Source: Candidatus Nomurabacteria bacterium
Lineage (GTDB): Bacteria > Patescibacteriota > Minisyncoccia > Phycocordibacterales > UBA9973
Assembly (NCBI GenBank): GCA_023267375.1
Contig: JAHFNJ010000001.1
Location: 21,878-85,877, forward strand
Reading direction: 5' to 3'
DNA length: 64,000 nucleotides
The first letter of the stretch is position 1. Every line of letters starts with the position of its first letter. Shown here piece by piece: positions 25,690 to 34,931 of the stretch. Position numbers and translations under genes: made by a program. Below the pieces are notes generated by a model. The model saw only the letters and a list, made by a program, of their open reading frames with translations. It was not told the DNA's origin and searched no databases.

Positions 25690-27000
25690 TTAGTGTTCTG
25701 TCGTATCTAAAATACTATCAGCGACTTGGAATATATCCCCGGCGCCAACTGTAATAATAATATCATGATCAGTCGCTGTTTCAGCAAGGTATGAAGCAAT
25801 TGAAGCAAAGCTGTCGAATGAACGCGCATCGACACCTTTCTTGGTAAGTGCCTCAGCAATCATGTGTGAGCTGATTGATGGATCAAATGGTTCTCGGGCC
25901 GGATAGATGGGCGCAAAAAGTGCTTCGCTCACGCCAGTAAACGAATCAACGAAATCACTGAAAAGCGACTTTGTTCGTGAGTAGAGATGCGGTTGAAACA
26001 CGAGCACAATATCGAGTCCTGGATACTCTTCTTTCACGCCAGCAATGAGCGCACGAATTTCATTTGGATGATGGGCATAGTCATCGTACACGAGTGCGCC
26101 AGAATTGAGCATTCCTTTGTATTCAAATCTCCGCCACGTACCAGCAAATGTTTCAAGCGCGCCACGAGTTGTTTCTTCGGCAACACCAAGTGTTGCAAGT
26201 ACTGAAAGTGCTGCCATTGCATTCTGCTGATTGTGTTTTCCGGGTAATGATAAATCGATCGGACTATCTCCATATTCCATATAATCAACAACTGTTCCTT
26301 TGCAACGCGCAATAACGGATGCTAGCCGCGTATCAGCCGTATTACAGATCAAATATCCATCTACCGGAATTCGCTCAGCGAGTTCACCAAACGCATTCTC
26401 AATATCAACCAGATTCTTGTAGTAGTCGAGATGATCAGCATCAATATTTGTAATAACTAAAATCGTTGGATGGAGGTGTAAAAATGAGCGACGATATTCG
26501 CATGCTTCAGCAAGAAAATAATTGCTTTTCCCGGCAATAAAATTACTTTTGACATCGAGCATCATCGAACCCACAATTACCGTTGGATCAAGCTTCGCTT
26601 CGATCATCGCGTGTGCAATCATGGCAGTGGTGGTTGTCTTGCCATGTGTTCCCGAAACAGCAATCGTGAATTTATTTTTAGAAATGATTTCAAGCGCTTC
26701 TGGGTATGAAATAATCGGCACAGATGATGCCTGTAGCTTTTCCAAAAGCGGCTTGTCGTATTCAGCAATCGCGATTGTATAAATCACGAGATCTGTATCA
26801 GAATCGATAAAATGCACATCCTGCCCGATATCGATATGCGCGCCGGCTTTCTCAAGCTCGAGGGTTATCATCGAGGGACTGGTATCAGATCCGCGGACTG
26901 TTTTGCCTTCAGCGAGCATCATGCGAGCGATGGCTGAAACACCGATTCCGCCGATGCCAATAAAGTACACTTTTTCAATTTTTGCAAAGTCTATTTCCAT
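25690..27000 (-). CDS. murC: UDP-N-acetylmuramate--L-alanine ligase
   Basis: FIGIGGIGVSA, GTHGKTTTT, EACEY, DDYAHHP, FQPHLYSRT. Confidence 0.96.
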   Translation of the reverse strand: MEIDFAKIEKVYFIGIGGIGVSAIARMMLAEGKTVRGSDTSPSMITLELEKAGAHIDIGQDVHFIDSDTDLVIYTIAIAEYDKPLLEKLQASSVPIISYPEALEIISKNKFTIAVSGTHGKTTTTAMIAHAMIEAKLDPTVIVGSMMLDVKSNFIAGKSNYFLAEACEYRRSFLHLHPTILVITNIDADHLDYYKNLVDIENAFGELAERIPVDGYLICNTADTRLASVIARCKGTVVDYMEYGDSPIDLSLPGKHNQQNAMAALSVLATLGVAEETTRGALETFAGTWRRFEYKGMLNSGALVYDDYAHHPNEIRALIAGVKEEYPGLDIVLVFQPHLYSRTKSLFSDFVDSFTGVSEALFAPIYPAREPFDPSISSHMIAEALTKKGVDARSFDSFASIASYLAETATDHDIIITVGAGDIFQVADSILDTTEH

Positions 27001-27189
27001 AAAAACGCTTTAATTGTAGCGTATTTTTTGTCTTTTATTTATTGACAAATACATATTAATATGCTATTATATCGCAGTAATTGCTCTTTAATATTTTTGA
27101 TTTTTTGTAGCTATTTGGTAAACCATCCCTACTCCTTTTGGTAGTTGAGATGGTTTACTAAATTAGTCTCACAATTTAATCTTAATATT

Positions 27190-27483
27190 ATGAATTATAA
27201 ATTGAATCTTAAAGGCACAGAGGTGGATGTAGAATTTTCACCTGATGAAAAAATAGTCATTGTTGAAGAAATTCATCTTTCACCTTACACCTATGGCGTA
27301 CTTGATTTAATAAAGAAAAAAGAAGGTATTCCTGCAGGGGAAGTAATTGTTACAAATGGCATTTTTAGTCTCATGAAAAAACGTGATCAGGAAGCGTATA
27401 TCGTTGACTGTAGAGACTATCAAAAAATCTGTAACATTTCAGAGATACAGGAGTTAAAACTTTCTCAACCTATAAAAGGTTAA
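27190..27483 (+). CDS. Orphan hypothetical protein (stand-alone cassette)
   Basis: TTGACA-N17-TATTAT at 27043-27071, start moved to MNYKL, terminator at 27522-27556. Confidence 0.65.
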   Translation: MNYKLNLKGTEVDVEFSPDEKIVIVEEIHLSPYTYGVLDLIKKKEGIPAGEVIVTNGIFSLMKKRDQEAYIVDCRDYQKICNISEIQELKLSQPIKG

Positions 27484-27564
27484 TTACACCAAGGTAGCCT
27501 CTGATGAAACTGGTAAAATAGAAACTCGCGATTCGTGAAAACGGACCGCGAGTTTTTCTTTTTT

Positions 27565-27592
27565 AGTCATTAGATATTAGAAATTAGTCATT
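27565..27592. repeat. Heptamer tract (AGTCATT-like), third copy
   Basis: AGTCATT AGATATT AGAAATT AGTCATT directly after the murD stop. Confidence 0.8.
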
Positions 27593-27594
27593 TC

Positions 27595-28935
27595 CTACCC
27601 CTGCAATCTGCTTACTATTTCATTAAACTGCTCTCCCCTGTCGTATTCATTTTTAAACATACCAAACGAAGCAAAGCCAGGACTAAAGAGCACAATATCT
27701 CCGGGGAGAGATTGATGCAAGGCTTCGCGCACCGCTTCCTCCAGATTTTCTGCATTATACTTCTCTACTTGAAGATCATATTCAGTTTCCAGACGTTCTG
27801 TTCCAGACCCTGGAAGCAAAATCAATCGCTTGGCATACTTCGGCATTTTGTTTACCAAGACACTCATATCAAGATGTTTATCTGCGCCACCCATGATCAG
27901 CACCACATTGTCATCATACGAAAGCGCTTTGAGTCCTGCGAGTGTCGCATCAGGAGTTGTCGAGGTAGTATCGTTATAAATTTCAACACCGCGGTACTCG
28001 CCGACACGCTGCAATCTGCCTGGCACACCCTTAAATGATTGTACAGCGACCTGAATGATACTCTCATCAACATTGAGTGCACGCGCAGCCCCGACAGCAA
28101 GTTCGACATTGTGCCGATTGTGTTCACCAGGAACGGTAATTTTCCATGCAGGAGAAAGATGGTGCGCAAAGACAATGTGTGATTTTATATCATCGTGATA
28201 TCGCTTCTTCAGATGCTCATACAATCCTTCAGTCACCACAAGAATATCGTGGCCAGATTGATAGAGAAAAATATTTGCCTTGTCGGCCAAATACCGATCA
28301 CGGTCACCACTATAATAATTTAAATGGTCATCCATGAAATTCGTAAACACGGCAATATGTGGAGAAATGTTGTCTTCACCAAAACCTTGCAGCTGCCATG
28401 AATCAAGTTCGAGCACTACAATGTCCCCCTCCTTCACTTCACGGATTAAGGGCAAAGTCGCCCTGCCCTGCAGATTGCCCGCAGCAAAAACTTTTGTGTC
28501 ACTTTCTCCATGAGCTTTTTTTAGTATTTCATAAATGAGAAGTGTGGTTGTGGTCTTGCCACGCGTACCCGTTACGCCGACAATCGTCACACCTTTCGCA
28601 AGCTTTGCAAAAAGCGATGCATCCATTTCAATCGGTATATTATTTTCTCGTGCGTGCGCAATGTACGGTGAATCAAGCGGCACTCCAGCAGCCTTGAGAA
28701 TAAAATCTTTGTTTTCAAAATCTTCCATGCGATGCTCGCCCAAAACAAACGTAATATTCGGGAGATGTGTAAGTTCTGCAAGCGACGGTTCAAGTTCTTC
28801 TTTTTTCTTTAAATCGGTAACGGTAAGAATCGCCCCGGCTTCCGCCAAGAATTTAATATCGCCGATCCCGCGCCCAAGAAGCCCGAGTCCCATTACGGTT
28901 ACTTTTTTCCCTTTAAAATAGTCAGGGTGAATCAT
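27595..28935 (-). CDS. murD: UDP-N-acetylmuramoyl-L-alanine--D-glutamate ligase
   Basis: MGLG, VTGTRGKTTT, LELDSWQL, DHLNYY, GGADK, FSPGFASF.MFKNEYDRG. Confidence 0.96.
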   Translation of the reverse strand: MIHPDYFKGKKVTVMGLGLLGRGIGDIKFLAEAGAILTVTDLKKKEELEPSLAELTHLPNITFVLGEHRMEDFENKDFILKAAGVPLDSPYIAHARENNIPIEMDASLFAKLAKGVTIVGVTGTRGKTTTTLLIYEILKKAHGESDTKVFAAGNLQGRATLPLIREVKEGDIVVLELDSWQLQGFGEDNISPHIAVFTNFMDDHLNYYSGDRDRYLADKANIFLYQSGHDILVVTEGLYEHLKKRYHDDIKSHIVFAHHLSPAWKITVPGEHNRHNVELAVGAARALNVDESIIQVAVQSFKGVPGRLQRVGEYRGVEIYNDTTSTTPDATLAGLKALSYDDNVVLIMGGADKHLDMSVLVNKMPKYAKRLILLPGSGTERLETEYDLQVEKYNAENLEEAVREALHQSLPGDIVLFSPGFASFGMFKNEYDRGEQFNEIVSRLQG

Positions 28936-28950
28936 AGTTTGTGGAGAAAA

Positions 28951-30396
28951 CTAACTGCGAAAAGCCTGCTCTACTACCTCAAAATCAGAGAAAGGTTGCT
29001 TAAACCCTTTTATTTCTTGGTAGAGCTCATGCCCCTTCCCAGCAATTAGTACCACATCATTACTTTGAGCCATTTTGACAGCCATGTCAATTGCCTTCCG
29101 GCGGTCTGGCTCTGTGGCCACTTTTTTCATTTCATCCGGAGTAAGAGACGTTCCCATACTCGAAATAATGACAGCGGGGTCTTCACTGCGAGGATTGTCA
29201 GCGGTAAAAATAGCCGCATCGGAGAGTTTTGCAGCGATACTTCCCATAGGAGCGCGCTTTGAGGGGTCACGATCGCCCCCACAGCCAACAACAGTGATAA
29301 TACGCCCATTCGTATCTATAATTCCACGAATCGTTTCTAGAACATTTTGAAGGGCATCAGGACTGTGCGCATAATCGACAATAACCGTACTCCCATTCGG
29401 TGCTTTCATCTTATGGAAACGACCTGTCGCACCCTGAAGTTTTGAAAGATGTGCGAGTACATTCTTCTTTTCCTCGCCAAGAAGCACTGCTGTGCCATAA
29501 ATAGCTAAAATGTTGTACATATTAAATTTCCCCACAAGCTCAAACGACGTAGTTTCATTTTCAATCGAGAGCGCCATTTCGTTAATATTCATAGAAACAA
29601 TTTTTCCTGAAAAATAACCGATTTCGCCGTACGTATATTTTTTTGCACGTGTATCTGCGAGAATCTTTTCTCCGTACGCATCATTTTTATTCGTCAGTGC
29701 AAATGCGGTTTCGGATAAATCGTCAAAGAATTTTTTCTTGGCAGCAAAATATGCTTCAAAGGTTTTGTGGTAATCGAGATGATCGTGCGTAAGATTTGTA
29801 AAAATACCGCCCGTAAAATGGAGTCCGGCGATGCGATTTTGATCTACCGCATGGGAACTCACTTCCATAAAGCAATGGGTAATCCCCTCATCCACCATCT
29901 TTGCCAAAAGTTCATGGAGCACAATCAAGTCTGGAGTGGTTTGTGTCGCTGGAAGCACGGTTTCATGAATTCGATTTTCAACCGTTGAAAATAATCCAGC
30001 TTTATAACCAAGCGACTCGAAGAGCTTATACAGTACCGTGGCGATAGTCGTCTTGCCGTTTGTCCCAGTCACACCAACAAGAGCGAGTTTCTGCGATGGA
30101 TGTCCGTAGAACATGTCAGCAATGAACCCAAGTGCTTCGGGTGTATGTGCCACCTGCACGTACGTCACCCCCGATATGGGTGACGCAGGCATTTTTTCAC
30201 ACACAATAACCGTTGCGCCATTTTGAATGGCACTGTCGATAAAGGTGTGTCCATCGACATGTGTACCAACTATTGCCGCAAACAATCCCCCCTTGGTTAC
30301 TTTCGCTGAGTCGGAAGCGAGCGAAGCAATATTTTTCTCGAGTGAACCTTCCGTCGCAATATATGAAATATTATTTAAAATGTCTGAAAGTAACAT
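28951..30396 (-). CDS. murE: UDP-MurNAc-L-Ala-D-Glu--meso-diaminopimelate ligase
   Basis: VTGTNGKTT, TTPD, MEVSSH, DHLDYH, DYAHSPD, DNPR (DAP-type motif), AGKGHE. Confidence 0.96.
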   Translation of the reverse strand: MLLSDILNNISYIATEGSLEKNIASLASDSAKVTKGGLFAAIVGTHVDGHTFIDSAIQNGATVIVCEKMPASPISGVTYVQVAHTPEALGFIADMFYGHPSQKLALVGVTGTNGKTTIATVLYKLFESLGYKAGLFSTVENRIHETVLPATQTTPDLIVLHELLAKMVDEGITHCFMEVSSHAVDQNRIAGLHFTGGIFTNLTHDHLDYHKTFEAYFAAKKKFFDDLSETAFALTNKNDAYGEKILADTRAKKYTYGEIGYFSGKIVSMNINEMALSIENETTSFELVGKFNMYNILAIYGTAVLLGEEKKNVLAHLSKLQGATGRFHKMKAPNGSTVIVDYAHSPDALQNVLETIRGIIDTNGRIITVVGCGGDRDPSKRAPMGSIAAKLSDAAIFTADNPRSEDPAVIISSMGTSLTPDEMKKVATEPDRRKAIDMAVKMAQSNDVVLIAGKGHELYQEIKGFKQPFSDFEVVEQAFRS

Positions 30397-30400
30397 AGAA

Positions 30401-31534
30401 TTATATAAGTATTCTCTTTAACAGCGGCGAAATACGAGTCGTGACTTCGTAGTTGATGGTATCGATCGTTTCCGCAAACTGTTCAGACGTAATTTGTTCA
30501 TCACCCTGTTGTCCGATAATAACTACTTCATCTTCAATTTTCACTTGCGGTACGTGCGTCACATCAACCACAAACATATTCATAGCAACACGACCAATAA
30601 TTTTACAGCGTTTACCGCCAATAAGCACCATGCCTTTATTTGAAAGCGAACGTGGCAAGCCATCGCTGTATCCTTGCGGAATAAGTGCGATTTTTGTCAG
30701 TCGGCGTGTCATATAGGTCAACCCGTAGCCAACAGTGTGACCTGGTGGCAACATCTTCACGAGTGCTACGTGCGTTTTCCATGAGAGCACTGGCCTCAAT
30801 TTAAATTTTTTCTTTTCGTATAAAAATTCGAGGTGCTCTGATGGCCACATGCCATAGAGACCAATGCCAATACGCGCAATCGCGTGAATGCCCTTTTTTT
30901 GTTCATATGCCAAAACACCCGATGTAGCAGAAATGTGCGTCTGGAGTTTTGTATAACCCATTTTTTTTGCAATACGCAATGCTTTATCAAATGTTTGAAT
31001 CTGTTTTTTGGCAAATGATAAATTGGTAGTATCTTCAATGTTTGCAAAGTGCGCATACATCCCTGTCATACGAATATGCTTAAGTTTCTTTAGTTCAAGC
31101 AACGCGGTATGAAGCTCTCCAACCATCACGCCTTCTCGCCCCAAGTGCGCATCAATTGCTAAATGTATTTCTTGAATCGTTTTTTTCTTTGCGGAAATTG
31201 CATCAATAGCTCGTGCTTGCTCAAGCGAAAACACACCGATCACGCAACCAAGTTTACTTGCGTGTGCGATATCGGCTTCTTGCACATAGCCAAAAACAAA
31301 TGTTTGTTTTTTGGTAAGCTTGCGAAGTAATTCCAATTCATCGACATGGTTTACAATAAAATAATCGACATACGGAAGAATCGCTTCCGCGACTTCATTT
31401 TGTCCATGACCATACGCATTAGCCTTGATGACCCCGGCAATTTTTGTTTTTTTTGAGATGAGTCCCCGAAACTGCTTCACATTGTGAACAAGATTTTCTC
31501 TTGATATTTCGATATACGAAAGTGGTTGGGACAT
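30401..31534 (-). CDS. alr: Alanine racemase
   Basis: VIKANAYGHG PLP-lysine motif, RIGIGLYG, VGYG, GYSDG, GRVAMN. Confidence 0.96.
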   Translation of the reverse strand: MSQPLSYIEISRENLVHNVKQFRGLISKKTKIAGVIKANAYGHGQNEVAEAILPYVDYFIVNHVDELELLRKLTKKQTFVFGYVQEADIAHASKLGCVIGVFSLEQARAIDAISAKKKTIQEIHLAIDAHLGREGVMVGELHTALLELKKLKHIRMTGMYAHFANIEDTTNLSFAKKQIQTFDKALRIAKKMGYTKLQTHISATSGVLAYEQKKGIHAIARIGIGLYGMWPSEHLEFLYEKKKFKLRPVLSWKTHVALVKMLPPGHTVGYGLTYMTRRLTKIALIPQGYSDGLPRSLSNKGMVLIGGKRCKIIGRVAMNMFVVDVTHVPQVKIEDEVVIIGQQGDEQITSEQFAETIDTINYEVTTRISPLLKRILI

Positions 31535-31650
31535 ATAATTTGTCCAGTATATCATAAAAAAATGCCTATTTTTAAGGGTTTTTATCCTTGACTTATTATA
31601 TATTATATGCTATTATTTCTTCAAATTCTTTAACTAAAAACTATAATAAA

Positions 31651-32043
31651 ATGAAGAGGAATATTCTAATCATCTTAGGTGCTGTAGGATTAATTTCACT
31701 ACCACTTGCAGTATTGATACCCATCAATACTGCCCCGCCCATTATCGCAGAAATTTTAGTGGGTTATGTATATGGAATCATTGTTCCATTTATCCGCGCA
31801 AACTTCCGTAAGAGTTTATCGGAAGAAGAAAAAACGCCTCTTAATTATTATATAATTTGCTTCATAATAATGGCGGGATTGATGTCACTTAAATACGTTA
31901 TCGGCGACCTTACTTTAATTAACGTAAGTATTGAAAATATTAGTTATTTTGCCAGTTTTGGAGCACTCGCAATTGGGCTTATCGCAGGATTATCTTACAT
32001 GGATTGCTTCTTTGATAAAAAAGTTGCAAAAAATGAGGATTAA
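31651..32043 (+). CDS. Orphan 4-TM membrane protein (stand-alone cassette)
   Basis: TTGACT-N17-TATTAT at 31588-31616, start moved to MKRNI, hairpin at 32048-32081. Confidence 0.72.
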   Translation: MKRNILIILGAVGLISLPLAVLIPINTAPPIIAEILVGYVYGIIVPFIRANFRKSLSEEEKTPLNYYIICFIIMAGLMSLKYVIGDLTLINVSIENISYFASFGALAIGLIAGLSYMDCFFDKKVAKNED

Positions 32044-32081
32044 ATTAAAAAAGGAGTGGATCGACAAGATTCACTCCTTTT

Positions 32082-33428
32082 CTATTTCAACAACTCTTTT
32101 ATCTTTACCGAAATCTCATCAAGCACTTCTTTTTTATTTGTTTCTCCAAACAAGCGCAATATCGGCTCAGTATTTGACGGACGGATATGCACCCAAGTCT
32201 TATCTGGAAAAGCGAGGCGTAAACCGTCTTCGCGATTTATCGAAGCTTCTGGGAATAGCACGATTATTTTTTCATACAGCATGTTGTAGTCAGCGCCCTT
32301 TTCGATATCGAATTTTGTTTTCGACATTTCATATTTCGGAAGTTCGTTTGCAAGCTCACTCAATTTTTTGCCTGTGCGACGCATAAGACTAATCACAGCG
32401 ACAATTCCTGCCATGCAATCACGGCCATAGTTTATAGTCGGATTGATAATACCACCGCTTCCCTCTCCGCCGAAAAATGCTTGCTCCTTTTTCATGAGTG
32501 CCACCACATTTGCTTCTCCAACTGGGGCGCGGAGCACCGTTACTCCTTTCCCTTCCGCGACATCTTCGGTCATGCGGCTCGTTGAAAGATTGATTACGAC
32601 TTTCCCTTGTTTCCCTTCGGCGATCATTTCTTGGAGTACCAACGGGAGCGTTGTCTCTTCGTGCAGCAAATTCCCCGCCTCATCGATGAGCACGAGTCGG
32701 TCAGCATCCGGATCAACAACTACGCACAAATCATATGAAAGTCCTTGCAGTTTTTCTTGCGTCCAGACCAGATTTTCTGGTTTTGGTTCTGGAATATGCG
32801 GAAAAGGCTGGGAGGGATCCGTCGCAATTGGTACAACTTCACAACCGATTTCTTCCAAAAATTTTGGCACAATAAATGAACCGGCACCGTTTGTGGCATC
32901 AAGCGCCACAATCAATTTCCGGCCCGGGAAAATAGTTGCCTTCACCTTATCTAGGTGAATACGCATTGCTTCTTCTTGGATATTTTTTACTTGAGCAGTT
33001 TTCTCACCCACGGCAGTTTCTTCTGGAAGTGCCTCAATAAAAGTACGTACTTTTTCTAAAATAGTTTTATCAACAAACTCACCTTCTCCATTCAAAAATT
33101 TGAGGCCGTTGTATTCAATGGGGTTGTGACTGGCAGTGACATCAATTCCACCAGCAGCTTTGAACTCACGCACCGCAATCTGTGTCGTCGGAAGCGGAAT
33201 AAGATCAGCATCGAGCACAGTGCGACCTTCTTCCGCAAGCGCTGCCAGTACGGCCGCCTTTAGCGCAAAGCCTGATGCGCGCGAATCACGAGAGACAACA
33301 ATCGGCCCCGATGGAATACTTTTCGAGAAACCAAGAGTAAATGCGTATGCCAGCGCAGGGCTTAATTTTTCAGGAGCATGTCCGCGAATACCGGAAATGC
33401 TTATCATTAGTTCTTTAGGGATTTCCAT
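32082..33428 (-). CDS. glmM: Phosphoglucosamine mutase / phosphomannomutase family
   Basis: SISGIRG, TASHNP, DPDADR, GEGSGG, RPSNTEP. Substrate inferred from gene context. Confidence 0.8.
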   Translation of the reverse strand: MEIPKELMISISGIRGHAPEKLSPALAYAFTLGFSKSIPSGPIVVSRDSRASGFALKAAVLAALAEEGRTVLDADLIPLPTTQIAVREFKAAGGIDVTASHNPIEYNGLKFLNGEGEFVDKTILEKVRTFIEALPEETAVGEKTAQVKNIQEEAMRIHLDKVKATIFPGRKLIVALDATNGAGSFIVPKFLEEIGCEVVPIATDPSQPFPHIPEPKPENLVWTQEKLQGLSYDLCVVVDPDADRLVLIDEAGNLLHEETTLPLVLQEMIAEGKQGKVVINLSTSRMTEDVAEGKGVTVLRAPVGEANVVALMKKEQAFFGGEGSGGIINPTINYGRDCMAGIVAVISLMRRTGKKLSELANELPKYEMSKTKFDIEKGADYNMLYEKIIVLFPEASINREDGLRLAFPDKTWVHIRPSNTEPILRLFGETNKKEVLDEISVKIKELLK

Positions 33429-33543
33429 AGCTTAAGTCTGCTCATTATACACCGGCAATCATGTTTTAAAAATAGAGCGTATTTACTGCTTTTTTGCAAT
33501 TTTCTCAAAAAAGTGTTATATTTTCAGGCGTTACTTTTTGTTT

Positions 33544-33603
33544 GGCTCCATCGTCTAACCAAGTTAAAGGATAGCGGACTCGGCTTTTCAAAAGCCTAGG
33601 ACA
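33544..33603 (+). pseudogene. Rearranged partial copy of tRNA-Glu
   Basis: Shares GGCTCCATCGTCTAAC, TCGGCTTTTCAA and TAGGACA with the downstream tRNA-Glu, in altered order. No T-arm. Confidence 0.6.
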
Positions 33604-33638
33604 GGGAAAATGGGAAAGTAACTTACATATTTATATTT

Positions 33639-33710
33639 GGCTCCATCGTCTAACGGTTAGGACATCGGCTTTTCAAGCCGGTAATCGGGGTTCGATTCCC
33701 CGTGGAGTCA
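33639..33710 (+). tRNA. tRNA-Glu(TTC)
   Basis: GGCTCCA/TGGAGTC acceptor stem, TCGGC-TT-TTC-AA-GCCGG anticodon arm, GGTTCGATTCC T-arm. Confidence 0.95.
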
Positions 33711-33759
33711 CACCACTAAAAATCCCTGCTACAGAAGAAGTGGGGATTTTTTGGTTTTT

Positions 33760-33846
33760 GGAGAGGTGGCTGAGTGGTTGAAGGCACTGGTTTCGAAAAC
33801 CAGCATGGGAGAAATCTCATCGAGGGTTCAAATCCCTCCCTCTCCG
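33760..33846 (+). tRNA. tRNA-Ser(CGA)
   Basis: GGAGAGG acceptor strand, CTGGT-TT-CGA-AA-ACCAG anticodon arm, long variable arm, GGTTCAAATCC T-arm. Confidence 0.95.
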
Positions 33847-33962
33847 CAACAAATTGAAATACTACAGCAAGGCAAAGGGCCTTGTTTTTTGTTTGACTAT
33901 TTATATTATGTATGTTATTTTATTAAAAAATAAATCTAATCTTTAAATCAGAATAAAAAAAA

Positions 33963-34859
33963 ATGGAAACTTGGATTATTATTGTCCTCTGTGTCACGAT
34001 AGTGGTGCTTGGATTTGTTATTGCTAAAAAGAATAGCAGAATTAAGGTAGAGGAAAAACTGAAAATTAGCGCTGTTGATCGATTAGAGCATCGACTCAAC
34101 CAGCTGAAATGGTATAACGACCTCTTTACATCTCATGCTGAGTATAAAGTATTCTCTTTACCAACAGTAAGAACGATTCTTACAAATTTGGAGAACGAAA
34201 AGAATGCTGAGGATAGAACTCTTGAAGAAGATGAGCGAAAGAAATTAAGAGAATTCTTCCTTGAACTCCAAGGCATCTTATTTGAAAAATTCATCATGGG
34301 ACTTCCGGCAGAAGTCGAATCTCTGAGCGCCATCATTGAATTTGACACCAAACACTTGCTTTCAAAATTTGTAACCAAAAGACTTGAAGACAGGGTCATG
34401 GAAATATGGAAAGTTTATGTGGAGGATGCAGTAAGAGATGCGGATGAAGTGGATTATGCTTTTGAATTAGTTAAAGGAAAAACATTCTTTCACTATCACA
34501 TTTCGGGCGTTGACAGCAGTATTTCCACTGGACCATGGTATGAAATTCTTCAAAGAAAAGCCGACGCTATCGCTACATCGAATTTGCGAAGCCGTCAGGA
34601 TGAAATGAATGAATACATGCATGAATATGGTGGAGAGAAACTTTCCGCTGTACTGCCTTATGTAATTGAGATCGCCGAAAGAAAACATTTAAGCAGCAAC
34701 GGTAAAACACTAATTTTGAGTAGGCTTGAACCAGTAATTGAAAAAGCTCTCAAGTTTGTGTACATGAAAGCAAATGATTCTAAATATCTGGCGCAAAAAT
34801 TTGCCGAATTTAAGGAAATACAGGAACGATTATATCCAAAGGCTAAAGCAACAGCCTAA
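33963..34859 (+). CDS. Orphan protein with N-terminal membrane anchor and helical body (stand-alone cassette)
   Basis: 298 aa, TTGACT-N17-TATTTT upstream, terminator at 34884-34926 shared with prs. Confidence 0.8.
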   Translation: METWIIIVLCVTIVVLGFVIAKKNSRIKVEEKLKISAVDRLEHRLNQLKWYNDLFTSHAEYKVFSLPTVRTILTNLENEKNAEDRTLEEDERKKLREFFLELQGILFEKFIMGLPAEVESLSAIIEFDTKHLLSKFVTKRLEDRVMEIWKVYVEDAVRDADEVDYAFELVKGKTFFHYHISGVDSSISTGPWYEILQRKADAIATSNLRSRQDEMNEYMHEYGGEKLSAVLPYVIEIAERKHLSSNGKTLILSRLEPVIEKALKFVYMKANDSKYLAQKFAEFKEIQERLYPKAKATA

Positions 34860-34931
34860 AAGATTTCCTATTCATCAATTTTAAAAAAACCTCCCACTCG
34901 AACTAAAATTCGTTGGGAGGTTTTTTCTTTT

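Noticed and set aside
27484-27530. CTGATGA followed by GAAA, resembling a hammerhead ribozyme or fluoride riboswitch core
   Set aside because: No stem II can form between CTGATGA and GAAA, there is no suitable stem III or cleavage triplet, and the GAAA belongs to the terminator arm.
33751-33933. 60-aa ORF, and also the ORFs at 44000-44188, 44031-44240 and 36735-37031
   Set aside because: These are translations across tRNA genes or palindromic elements.
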